Assembly (NCBI GenBank): GCA_036172245.1
Contig: JAYWIR010000008.1
Coordinates: 1,302,001-1,366,000 of the forward strand
Origin: Raillietiella orientalis
Taxonomy: Eukaryota
DNA: 64,000 nucleotides
Reading direction: 5' to 3'
The notes below the pieces were generated by a model. The model made no database searches. It was not told the origin of the DNA and saw nothing but the letters and a program-made list of their open reading frames with translations. The translations under genes and the position numbers were made by a program. Below, piece after piece: positions 24,634 to 37,169 of the stretch (positions within the stretch are counted from its first letter, which is position 1; every line of letters begins with the position of its first letter).

Positions 24634-27600
24634 ATGCCATTTTGTTTTGATCAGATTGCAGAGAAAAAGAAAAAGATTTTCAAAGTTTTATTTGTGGGAT
24701 ATTTTAGATTTACTTGTAAATTTTGATGTCATGTTTGGATTTGTTTTGTGCTTTCATCAAAACATAAAAGCATTCCTGTACAACTTAACTATGTAAATTT
24801 GGTTGGAATTTTTTGCACAGCTTTCATGGTGATTGCTGCATTATGTGTGCATGGTATTGATTTGTAAATATAATTGATGTTGACTTTTTCATTTTAACTT
24901 TGTATTCAGTACCTCAATTCATTTTTTACATAGTGTAATTCAAAGCAACTTATATATAGGAGTGTAATTAATGGTAAGGGAAATTTAGATTAATTTTCAT
25001 GAAACGCTGGATTTTCAATATTCATTTGTCTTCAGTCTTACATAAGTTATTCTGCATTTGAGAAAAATGAATTAGTCATCAGCATCTAAACAGCTAATTA
25101 AAGCTTCTTATGGAAATACTTGCAAATCTATTGACTCATCTGGTTCTTAGTTTACCCAGTTCTTAATTATGCTCATTGTAGGCAAAAATAGCTGATTTGG
25201 TATATCTTTGTCTTCATTGAAGTTTGATCGTCTTAAGTATAAGTATATCGTAAGTGTAGTTGAACTAGGTGATGGTGAAGCTTCAAACAAAAGTGACAAT
25301 TCTAAACTTAAGAATATGAGGCAGATATGTGTATAAGTTCCTCCAGTACCAAGTTTGCTGGTTGGATAGGTCATTGTTTTCACTGAGTTGCTTCTGTATC
25401 ATATGCTGGGAGATTGAAGGAATTTTGAATTTTTGTGACAAACTAGTATGGTAAAATGAAGAAAAATAATTAAATTATTGATGATTTACTAGTAACATTA
25501 TGATTTTACATTATGATGTATGCATTAGTTCCATTTTCAGTTTGATTTCTGTAACTGTTTCTGAAACATCACGTAATTTGCCTCCATCACAAAACTTGTG
25601 ATGTATTTTGGGCAAAGATGAAGATACCACCAGCCAAAAGAATGATATCCACAAGAGCTCACTGTTTTTCATGGGCTCCTCGTTCCATGTGCATGCCGTT
25701 AACCAATTCTACATCGAAAACGGTTGTGAATTTTTCACGCTTCCGATTATTTTAGATGAATTCTATGATGTCAAAAAGGCATGTTGATAGAAATTTCAGT
25801 GTTCTATACCCATGCTTGCATGTTCAGTAAATAAATAGGGGCATACTTGTTTACACGGAACAATCCACAGCAAACAGCACAAAGAACGATCAGCGTATGA
25901 GTGAGAAGTGTTTTCGTCCTTTCCGCTGAAGTTTTTTAATAAAGTATTCCACCACTTGTCGGACAGGGTAAAGTGGGTATTTTGTTGACGGCTTTTCGCT
26001 GTATTACGACTTCACAAAGTGGGCAGGTGCCCATCCATGGGACTATTCCTACCACTTTGATGTTAGCCAACGGGCCGAGAAGCGATAGTCGGACATCATG
26101 CTGTACGTTGCCCAAGCCAAATTCAAACTAATGGTTCCTAGCAGTAGGGTGTTCCTCCGGATTATCACCATGGCATATGATGAGATGGCCATCTTCGGTC
26201 TGGTTTTTGCAACACCATTCCATGTGATGTGATGTATGACCGTTTTTGCAGAGGCCAACTTTTGTGCCGCAGGCGCCGTGTGGGCCGAGTTTTCAGTTCT
26301 GGAGATAATTTCCGCGAAGGCTCACAGCGTGCATAAACAAACATAACAAGGAGAGCTAGTATTCATTCATTAGATGGCCTTTTAAATGAATGTCGAAAAT
26401 ATTTCATTTTAGTAGTTTACTTTTAAAATTAAACAGATCCTCAAATTTGATGTTTTTTGAGATTTCCTCTATCGCCGGAATCAAAGCCCTCTCGAATTGA
26501 AGTTGCAGGTTTCAGTTGAAACTGCTCCGTTTGAAGTGATCACGTTTTATAGGACACACCTTCGGGTCATCCCCCTGTTGGGTGTCCATAACTGGCACAT
26601 TCTGCTCCTAAAACTGAATTTCGAATATGGAAAGTATTAACCGCACACACAAAATTATGCTGCTTGGCCCAGTATTTTGCAATCTTTGAAGTCTGAATGA
26701 TTCAAAACACATTGAAAGACGGTTCCCTAATGCTTATGTTTCATTTCGTTGTTCCGCTTCATCACACTCCTACCTACCTTTCTTTGCTTTTGTCTTTCTC
26801 AGTTTGCCCAGGATGTGCTGCTGTTTCCAGTACATTGAACACCATACAGATTCGTTAAGATTGAAGAGTAAGGCACCTTTCATATCCTGCGAGTAGGTGA
26901 CGAATTTCAGCCATTGCGAGGAAAGGGAAATTTTCTGTGTATGTAGTGAAATTTGCCACCCGGATATGCCGGAGCATTTATTATTATAATTATTTACAAA
27001 ATTACATAATGAAGTCTATAGATAGTTTCTGCCGTGGTAGAACACTTGGTTGCACCATGCTTGAAGACTTGTCGTGACCCGGTGCTAAGACCGGCGAGGT
27101 CCTCTCCTGGGGCGCAGGGGAAGGGGGAACTCAAACAAAAAGAAACAAAAAGAAGGATAACGGGGAGGGGAATAGTTTTATGGGGGAGAGGAGGGCAGGG
27201 AGGGGATCACTGGACTCCTGGATCGGTCCTCTGCATCCTGTCCAGGATGCCGACAAGTTTTGTTTTTATACTGCCACGTCGTAGGCGCCACCTTGTCGCG
27301 GTCTCCAGAAAGACCGTCATCCAGTGGATGGCGTCCCTGCTTCTCTGGCCTCTTCTTCTAGCGTTCCACCTCGCCAGGATGACGCGAACACAGCAGAGGA
27401 CTGCTCAAGACGCAGCGGGGCGTAGGCCGTCACACAGAAAGAGGCGTCAATAAATGACCTTAGGGTCGCCTACTGGAAGAAGGAGGATAGACGAAAGTCG
27501 ATTCCAAAGTCCACCCAGGGCGACACACTCTGTTAGAAGGTGCGGGAAGGGTTCCCTTTCGCCGCACTCTATGCAACGGGCATCCACATTCTCCAGTGTC

Positions 27601-28608
27601 CAGTGAGACCGACGTGCTCTGCTTATAAGTCCAATGGATAGCGCCCATGTATGTAGTAATGCTTTATGAGTAAGTGCACACAGTTCTTTGAAAGTGAGCC
27701 ACTTCAGTCACCGATTCTGGGCTGTAAACACAAATGCGTCCTCCAAGTTTTATTCTTCTCTCGAAACGTTTCAGTCAATCTTGCAGATGAGAGTTTAAGT
27801 CCATTTTCTTCTATCCAGTAGTTCAAAGGAGTCTGTCTGTCTACCTTTTTCAAAGACTTGTTTGGTTTTACTGCCCAGACTTGTCTGTCTAACATTGGGA
27901 ATTATTCCGTATGTTTCAACATACAAGCTAGAACTTAACAAGTGCATCCCCTTACATTCAATGAAGAATTTCATTTTCATAGTATGCGTGGGGGGGGGGG
28001 GGGGAGAATGCACCAATTCATTCAAAGAAGCGAAAGGCATTCGGAAATTTCCTATGAATGGCTTCGGATTTTCAGTGAATCGAATCTCCTTGAATTCTCA
28101 TTTGTTTTTCTTTGTTTTTTTCATTTTTATTATGAACTTACTTTACACATTCTCGAAGTGTTCTTCGGCCTGTCTACGGGAATAATAAGGGTGATGTGTG
28201 TTTCAGATGCTTTTTTATCAATGTTGTCGTAAAATCTATCATTTGGCTTTTTGCATCTTCTAATCTATCCATCATGCAGTTCAAATGCAAGGCTCAATAT
28301 CGTCGGGAGTGATAGTGATGTTTTTTGTTTTTGTTTTAATTGATTTTGTTATTTATACGTTGATCAAGAACATATGTATCTTGTTTCTCAGTAATGTAAA
28401 TAATGAAATGAAGGTTTCATTTTTTTTCATCGGTTCCAATGAAAGAAGAATAATCAAGCAGTAAATTTCGATTCAACGCTCCAGTTGCTAACGCCATATC
28501 ATAGAATGCAATGAAAAAATTCCACTTGAGTAACCTAAGATTAAGAGTAAAGTTTCTATGGAAACGACTCCCAGCACTATTATCTGCTACGCCTCTAATA
28601 AGAATCAA

Positions 28609-29747
28609 GATAAACAAGACAACTCGAGAGGCCTAATGACTGCGCTGCTCGGCAGAGTTGGCGAATGGTCCACCATCGACCCGAGGTGGCGAAGGAAACA
28701 GCAACTTGTCAAGAAAGAACGCTTGAAGATGATCCCGAAGAGCAAAGAACTCTGGCAGGAGGAATCCATCCTGGTAATCCCGTGGATGCTGTCCATGCAG
28801 GATGACACGAGGAGCAGGATATGCCAGAGTGACTTTGCGTGATACTGAAACATGGACACGGCAGAGATACCTACATCATTCTAGGGTGCTCTGTTATGTC
28901 CAAAGGATCTCCGGCAGCTTCACACTCAGGACCCGTGAAGTGTGGAAGAACCACCGCGACTTCGAGTGGTCCAGAGTAACGAAGACTAATATTCGCCGTC
29001 TTATAATAGAACAACTTGACACCAGTGCCCTCCAAGATGCCACCGACCGTCACGCTAGTAGTGGATTTAATCCACTAGCGATTGGGACGGTGCTCTGGAG
29101 GAGTGATTTACCACCGGACACTCAGGATAACCTCCTCATGTTCTACCCTGGAGGCATCCTGAGTGGTTCCAGGATGAAGCTCTTCACGGGAAGAGTAGAG
29201 GAAGAAATCTGCAGAGCATGTGGTGGAATAGATACAAGACGTCACGCCCTGACCTGCCCCACATTGCAAGCCGAGTGGACTACCCTGAAAAGGGTTATCG
29301 GGCTATCCAACGCCTCGACCATGGAGGTCTTGGCAGGGATGTTCCAAGGAATTGGAACAGTTCCCCGCTATAACCCCATGATAAGAGTGACCATCGCCCT
29401 TTTCATCACCGCCATTCTTGTGCGGTGGTGGAAGATGAAGACCACCAGGACGACCGTATCTCCTGACATCCTGAAAGGGCTCATCCAGAAGGAGGTCGGT
29501 ATACGGAACTGCGGACGAGTGCAGGCCTGGAACTACCGTGACATCCTGAGAAGGATTGAAGGCAGCATCTAGTCCCAAACGACCCCAAGGTAAAGGAATG
29601 CAGTGAACTTTTTCAGACATCCCAAAAAGTGAACTTCAGTGAACATCAGTGAAGTGTATCGAGTGTTTTATCAAATTGTATGAATGTGATTGTAGAGTGA
29701 ATGTTAAAAGAAATAAATTTACCCCACCCCTTGTGGGACTTGGGGAA
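28609..29747 (+). mobile_element. Younger 5'-truncated non-LTR retrotransposon (ORF2 C-terminus with zf-RVT) flanked by a 12-bp TSD
   Basis: The open 256-aa frame 28802-29572 carries CRACGGIDTRRHALTCP. AATAAA is at 29712-29717. An identical aataagaatcaa occurs at 28597-28608 and 29748-29759. Confidence 0.85.
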
Positions 29748-31631
29748 AATAAGAATCAATATAAAAGAGCTTCTAAGAGCAGCTAAGGCAACGAAAGTTG
29801 CGAAGTTTGTTTCGACAAGCGTTGGAAACATTTGAAGTAGAAAAGGACTTCTGAATGCCAAAAATATCGAATAGAAACTTTCTGCATAGACGCAAGCAAT
29901 ATTTATGGGTCGCCTCTGTGCTAAGAATATCGATAAATGTGGCCACAAGAATTTTATCTGGTACATGCATTATTGGATGCATCACAAAGCAATGCTCCAG
30001 TTTTTCTCTACATGGTTTGCCATCGATCATAGATTTTCTCGTCAAAAGCATCCCTCCTGGGTAGCAGAACAGGTTTTAGAAATCAGTCCCGAGAGAAAAA
30101 CGATTGGGTTGAGAATGGAGAACGATTCTTGAGTTCCATCCTGAAGCGAGATGCTCTCGGTTTGAAATGGCGGTTCGGCCCATCCTCGGGGCGTGGAATT
30201 AGCACTGCAGTCAGGCTTCGATCTTAAGCAGAAGATTTTGTTACTTAAGAAGAACCTGCGCGAATTGTTCGACAGCTGCCTCGATCTCAACCTCAGCGCG
30301 CCTCTCCGTAGTTCATTCTTGGAGATGCGAATTGATGCCCTTAGCTGATCAGCACGCCGAAGACATGGCAAGGACGACTTGATTGCATTCCGAGGAACCA
30401 CATGTGTTTTCATCATCGTTAGAAGTGTTCGTTCCTCTGCGCGTAGGGCACGATAGCGTAGCGAAACTCTACCTCGAGAACTCTTAGGGGGAACTATGCT
30501 TCGTCCTCTGCTATCGAGTGCGTTGGTCCTGAGGCATGGAACAAGCGAAGGAGCTCATTCCCAACGCATGTTCGATCCCATGCATCGATGCCACTTCCAG
30601 ATGGGAAACTTTGGCTTCTCTTCCAAGAGAGAGGTAGGTAGGATTGGTTCTTGACTTCTCTGGTGGGGCTGGGGAGTTTCATCTCTATCGATCGCAATAA
30701 GGAAACACAGAAAAGGGATCTACCAACTCCCCTAGTGATACAAGCCGTTGCTGAAGTAGTTGCAGGTAAGTAGATCATCCAAGGATACGTTCCACATTTG
30801 GAAAGGGGAAGGGACAATAAATAAAAAAATAACTATGGGAGAAGAGAGGAGAGCCACCGTTTTTGTGCCGAATCCTTGGCCATTATGCTTAAGATGCAGT
30901 CGGTGACTTCCTTTGATTCCTGGTTCAGTAGAACGACCAGACTCTTTCAAATAGAGATGCAATGGTGGAGGCGGCTCCACGCTGTTGCATTTTTCTCTTC
31001 GCCGTCAGTCGTATCGCCATCGTGCTGCCTGCGCCGACTGAACGCTGAAATTGCTGCAATGGAGAGAGTCCAACCAACCCTTCATTGCCTTCATTGCTCG
31101 GCTGTCCTCTCATTCCATCCTTCTCTCGGCGCTATGGCATCATGACGGTTTCTCTGACTCATCCCTCGTTCGCGTCCCGTCACCCGCTCCGAGGCTCCCT
31201 CTCCGAAGGTCGGTCTGCTCCGCAGGGACGAGTGGATGGGGGAAGGGGGACGGATGATGGTTTGACAAATCCTCCAAGCAGGCAGAAGCGCGTTTCTCGG
31301 GACGAAGAAGCGAGCGCAGCTCTCGACGACGGTTGCGGCGACAACCCAGAACTTCGTCCTTTCCGTGCACACCGCAGCCTTCTGCCCTTTCTCCTCCTTC
31401 TCCTGCCTCTGCTCTGAAGAGAACCTCCCGTTTATATGACGACGACGGTGGTGTCCTTCTTCCTGCGTCTTTTCCAACACTGCGTCTCCTCCCCTCGGAG
31501 ATGCGCCTTGGCGCCGTCGGCAACCTCTGCAACCTCCCAGGGAGTCATCGCGTGCAAGTCCTCGAATCAGCTGCCCATTCCCCAGCGCGGAGTGCATCCA
31601 GTATAGGGGATGAAGGACTCCCTGGCAGGGT

Positions 31632-32063
31632 TCCCCACCCGCTCCCCTTCTGGCGAGAGGGGCGCGAGTGCTCGAGAAGTGGGAGGTCCCCGCTGCCTTT
31701 CCCACTCCCCTTCCTCCCCTCTGGAAGGGCGGGTCTCCCACCCCTTCCAGACGGTGCCTGACTGCGACCTTGACCGCCGCCGCCACTTCCCACTGCATGG
31801 AGCGTCGTCTGCCTTCCAGGTCCATCCGTAGCCCTGAAGCAGCCTGCAGCAGCCGACGGGGGCGGAGACGCTCTTCGCAGCGACCGCCCTCATCCGAGTC
31901 AGGACACACCGCGCCCTATGCATCCTCGTTCTCCCTTCCTCCTTTTTTTTTTTTTTTTTTGTTGCTTCTCCCGCCCCCTCTTCGAGGTCCTTGCGCGCAC
32001 CTGGACGCCCTGGTAACAAGTAGGCAGCGTCCACCCGCTCGCCGCGCATCTCACGAGCTGCCG
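31632..32063 (+). repeat. Near-identical direct repeat, copy 2 (copy 1 at 11531-11963)
   Basis: Direct sequence match. The ORF track gives the same peptides for both copies (MCPDS.EGGRCEERLRPRR...). Confidence 0.92.
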
Positions 32064-33339
32064 GCGAAGGTCCACCGTTGGTTATTTTCCTCGGACAACC
32101 TTTCCAGACCATTGCCCTGTTTCTCCAGAAGGTAAAGAGCGCAGAGCTTCGTCTCTGCATACATCGTCATGGGGATGGTGGCGCAGAAGACGACGCCGAC
32201 GCCCAGTACGGCCTTCCATCTACGCGACCATCAAACAGTCAATCACAGTGGTCATCGTTCAGCAGCTGTTCCTCAGCCTTCACGAACGCCCTCTGGAGAG
32301 AATTTCTTTGAGGGATACTTCGGGTAAACCTTCTGCCCAATTCCCCGTCCTGCTCCCTTCATCAGGACCTCGTATTTCCCAATTACTGACCAATCCAAGT
32401 GCGCTCTTCACTCATCCCCTATTAATTACACTCCACATACGCGGCAGTCTAGATCTACTATTGAAATCCTATAAAGGGTGTCTCTGTCTCTCCCGTCCAA
32501 ACAACCCATTTCGACTACGGCATACCCACATGGGGAGTCCATCCGCCAATAAGTAACGACCGGGAATAGCAAACGGCCAGCGCCTCGCCGTTGAAGAAAG
32601 CCGAACCGCGCCGTGGCAAGCAGACACCCCGGTTTCGCGCATGCGCATCCGGGTACCGAAACGTTATGCAAGGGGATGCCTACGCCTGTACTCCCCGACC
32701 CCACTTGCCACTCTTTTTTCGCGCCTCACTCTAACGCTCTTCCATTCATCCGAAGCTAAGAAACAGAGACTCCTCGAACAGCGCGACAAACTCCGGAGCC
32801 ATCGACATCGAGATGGGCGCCTCGACTGTGCAAGACCGGACCACCTTGCCCGGGAGCGCCCCCTGCTGTAGTCAGTCCTCTTCCGATAGAGAACTGCGGT
32901 TGCGTGCCCGGACGTTTCCTATCCTCGGGCTCTCTGCGCCTCCCTCCCTCCCCCCATCTTCGCGGGAGCTCGGCTTTTATTCTGTCCCCGTGCGGTCCAT
33001 CCAGGTTCTCGGCCGCGGGGCAGAACGGCAAGACGGCCTAATGATCGCCGACTCAGTGACACCGTACTACGACTACTGGGAATCAAAGAGAACAGCGCAA
33101 AAAAGTTGAGAAAGCTGTGTGTATCCTGCTGCATTAGGGCAAGCAGGGACATCTACTGGACCCGCAGACTGGGTCATTCACCCGACGATGCGAGCGACCC
33201 CATAAGTTATATTACGAAACAGGGACAACCTCAAGACCAGTCCACTACGAACTAAGCAGCAGTTCTTCATTTATATTGGAAAAGTTGGAAGAGCAGGCAG
33301 AGACAGCGGGAATGATTCTGCAGTTGTATCCAAAATTAA

Positions 33340-36300
33340 TTTAATAAAAAAGAATGGCTCCTCCCAAATTCAGCTCTTCCTCTCGTTCAGGACGAAAGGT
33401 CACACCGCCCGTCGCCAGTCTTCTTGAATTCCACGGCGCACAAAATTCTTGCTGGTTGCTGGTCGCATAGGAGAAAAAAAAAAAAGATAAAAAAATTACC
33501 AAAAAAAAAGACACCTTGGAGTGGGGATCGTTTTCGGCCGACTGTCCAATTTCCACGTGTACATTTTACAGTTTTCAGCTCAGATCAGCTCTCAATAATG
33601 CCCGCGTACAAAACCATTCGTTTCCAAGGATACCAACCAACTCTTGCGTCCTGCCGCACCACACCGCATTGTGGTGCACCTCGGAGTCTCGTCCGCCTGC
33701 TGCCACAGAAGCTGTGCTCTCGTTCGGTTGCGTCACGGGTGCTCTGAGAGAGCGGCCGCTTCTGGGAAGGCAATGGGCAGAGGAGATGACGCTCTCCGCC
33801 TTTGCCACCGCCAAGGGCGGCCGGCAGAGTGGGCTCCTGAGGGGGGGCGGGGAGGGAAGCGTCAGAAGGTGCAGCACGAAGAGGCCACGCCGGTGACTCG
33901 CCGCGCTCCCGTGAGAGGGCGCTGCTTCAGGAGCGCTGGCGCCCACGCGACCCGTGCGGCGTCAGGGCTGCTTGTCCGGAGCAGGAAGGTCTCCGCCACA
34001 GCCGCTGGGAAGCGAGCCGCGTCCCAGCGCGATCGGAAACGGCGGCGGAGTCCAAGGAGTATCTCGAAGGATTCCAATGACCCCAGGGGGCGGACGATTC
34101 TCCTTCCCTTCCCAATAAACGCCCCGTCGTGACCAGGTGGCAACCCCCCAGGAGCGCTTCTTCAGGGCGCGAACTCGCGAAATTGAGGGGCCTCTTCCAG
34201 GTGTTCCTCGAAGTCACTTCTCCTGCTGGCCCGAAGCACCGCTGCTCCTGCGCGCGACACCCCTATTGGCGATCCCGGCAGCCAGAAGCATCCAACTGGA
34301 TGCCGTCGCCGTCGCCATCAGTTTGGCTTGATCTTCTCATCCCGGATGCTTGAGTCTGAGAAAATATGGAGCGATAAGACATCCCGCCTCGAGTCCACAG
34401 GTCTTCAGGAACGACTGCTCAGTATCCAGCTCTCTTCCCACTAACTTTTGGAATTTCGTAGGGGGAGGAAAGACGGATTGGGATGAGGATTCCGAGCCAA
34501 GTGGTCGCGGCCACCACGCGGAAGCGTGGAGAAGAACGAACGATCCATCCCTGCCTCTCCTGGGTTCCACGCCATCGCTTGTGGCTTTGTCTCCCAAGAG
34601 GGAAAGTTCGAGAGACCCCGCTGCCAGCGTCATGGGTCACGGAGGGCTCCCTGGGAAGATGACCCGCAAAATATTCCGAAAGGCACCGTGGATGGTATTC
34701 CAGGAAGGCATGTGTTTTCTCTCTCCCTCATCTCTCCTTCTCCCCAGCCGTCTCCCCTTTCGTCTCCGAACCTGCGGCTGAGCAGGGTGCGGTCCGGCGC
34801 TTCCTCGCTCCGGCGCCCTTTCTAATTGCCCTAGGACTGGGGCTGAAATATGTGCGGCAAAACCTGGCGCACTGCCACCCACCCCGTGGAGATCTGTGCG
34901 GACGACCTACTACGCTGGTCACTCTTGTGCATCCCGGCGGCAACGCCTGAAGAGTTCTTTGGGATAAGTCACCGGAGTGAGGGAAAGGGAGGGGGTCGGG
35001 TACGTGCAGGAACTCAAAGCTCGTGGCCCTGGGACGAGAGGTCGGGTCTCAGCACCCGCCTGAAGGTCCCCGCGGGAGGTTCTTCCTCGTGACTCGCGGA
35101 AAAGCGTCGAGGAGATCGCGTCCTCCTGCGCGGGCGGCATTCTGCTCTTGTTGGAGAGATCCAGGACGCCTCCAGTCTCTCCCCTCCCTCCTTCGTTCCC
35201 TGACCTTTGGCCGCCCTCGTTTCTTCTCTCGAGAGGGAAAGGAAAACGGGGAGACAGAACCCCTAGGGGCTCCACGCAAGCCCCGCAAGTTAAAAGAACG
35301 TGGTGTCCTTATGGCAGGATAAGTGCCAATCTGAGATACGAGGTGCGGGGGAACCTTAGGAGGGTTGTGGGCGGACTCACTCGATCCCTATATTCACGTC
35401 CCCCTCTGGCGCAAAGATCCTAACCGGCACAGGCCTTCGGGAACAACTTGAGGCCGATCCATCCCTTCCCCTACTGTCTACTGACTCGTTTATTGTCCCT
35501 CCACTCCTCTCGAGTTCTGTCCTCAGTGAGGGAAGTCTCTACTGGTACGGACCGGCGTGAGGCCAGCTTCGACTGTAAAAATGTTTTCGATTGATTTATT
35601 CACTCCAAATAAGCGTCCCTTCTTTCCGGGGTGAAAAGGCGACGGCGATAGGGTGAAACCTCTGAGGCAGATTGTCACCATCCTGGCAGAGTATCCTTGG
35701 ACAAAGTGATTTCGCTGTGACAGAATGATTTCCTTATCCTTCTCTGACGAGGAGGTGGAGTTCTTTTGTCAGGACTCCATCCTGATGATGGGGCTACTGC
35801 AGGTGAGACCAGAGGGTGCGAGAGGTCGTTTAGTGCTTGGTCGGAGGCTTCGAAAAGGAATCCCCCATGGAATATTCTGCGACGCCTCGCGAGAAGTGGG
35901 AGTTGGAGATGGCGGAGCGTCCAGGTGAATACGCCTACACGTCCATCCATTTGGGTGTCTCGGACCATTCGAAGATTCGGTTCCACAGGGAAGGAGATCA
36001 AGCAGCGGTGCGCCCTCTGCCCTCTGTTTGTCACCACGACTGGACCGATTTCACGGAAGCTACACCTGCCCCCCCCTCATCCCCAGAGGGTTTGGGGTCT
36101 CATCCGGTGTCATGAAGCTAGAGGGCGTGCTCCACAAAGTCGGACTCTCTGTTAACCCCAATGAACGCGCCTCCCTCTACTCTGCCCCTACAATGCAGTG
36201 AGAAACCCGGAAAACCGGGTTTCAGATGAGTGGCGCCGAGGTCCCGGTTCTGGGGGCGCTCAGTGAGCACGGCTGCCTGGGAAAACCGCCTAGAGTAGGC

Positions 36301-37100
36301 CTGGTCTCAGCAGACCCCCCAATTCCGAGCGGCGAGCGTAATGGACGGAGGAAAAACCATCCCTTTGGCGGAAACCGGACGCCGCGTGGGCGTCCAGGTG
36401 TTCCCAGTCTTGCCCGTCACCGGAGAGGGGGGCACCGCAGGGGGCTCGTGCTCGGAAAATCTTCAGGGAAGGTGGCAGCAGTAGCCTCCTGGGAGGAGAG
36501 GTAGGAGAGCGCTTGCGCGGGTGCCTTGGCTGCCCCATCTTGCTAGACGAGGCCGAGGACTCGCCCGCGAGTAGCTTCTTTGATCATCGCAACCATTGCT
36601 GGCCTCTCTCCGCCGAAACTCGATTCTCCCGACCACGATTTTTTCACTGCAGGCTCCGCCTCCGGCTGCGCATCTTCCACATCTGAAGGTTTCCATGGAC
36701 TTCTCGTGATGGCTGGTCCCTTTCTCGTTTTTTTCCTCCGGCGATCTCTTTCACTGGAGAGTCCCGTCACGGTCTGCGCTCGCGGCCAGGAGCGACCCGG
36801 GTGAGGGAGAGACGCTGCTGCTTTCCATGCTCCTTCCTCCGGCCTATCCAGATCGACCCACGTTGCCAGAGATCTCGTCTGTCGTTGGCGCCACTGTCGC
36901 ATTTGAAAGCATTTCCCCTCCCACCTCCCCCCCCCCGACTACTGCTTGCGCACGTTTCCTGTACTGTTCTACCCGACTGGGAATAGAAGTGAGTCCTGGT
37001 CCCATTTTCCCTTTCTTCTTGGAAGACTCTGGATTCTTAGTCGCCCCTTCGGCTCTTCTGGACAAGTTCTCCTTCCCGTCTCCAGGAGAAAGCTTCTGAA
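33340..37100 (-). mobile_element. Decayed L1/Tx1-like relic (ORF1, deleted EN, RT, zf-RVT, T-rich 3' UTR)
   Basis: PPAQEDAISSTLF (SPGPDG-like), YPTPSLSLTPVTYPKELF (YRPISLLN.DYK-like, ~34950-35000), SFCGS/DSEVHHNAVWC (zf-RVT-like, ~33650-33720), then a gatcccc plus T-tract 3' UTR as in the other copies. Confidence 0.6.
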
Positions 37101-37169
37101 GTCGTCCATTCAGCCAGAAATGCCCTATCCTCGCTGCAGGGCGGCACGAGGGCGCGACTCAAGAAGACG

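Larger units (their letters stand above)
26955..33300 (-). mobile_element. Near full-length decayed L1/Tx1-like element, interrupted by a younger LINE fragment
   Basis: ORF1-like remnant at ~31900-32300. Endonuclease remnants WMIYLP and GIDAWDR (~30570-30790). NPIVFLS (RPI-like), FGIQKS (GVRQG-like), IRGVADNS (YADD-like, continuous across the insertion), ATGALNRN, LTHKALLH, and a Cys remnant at ~27530-27590. The 3' UTR and terminus are homologous to 42318-42600. Confidence 0.7.

Noticed and set aside
36202..36223. 9-bp perfect palindrome gaaacccgg-aaaa-ccgggtttc
   Set aside because: Short, single occurrence with no supporting context; plausible by chance in 64 kb.
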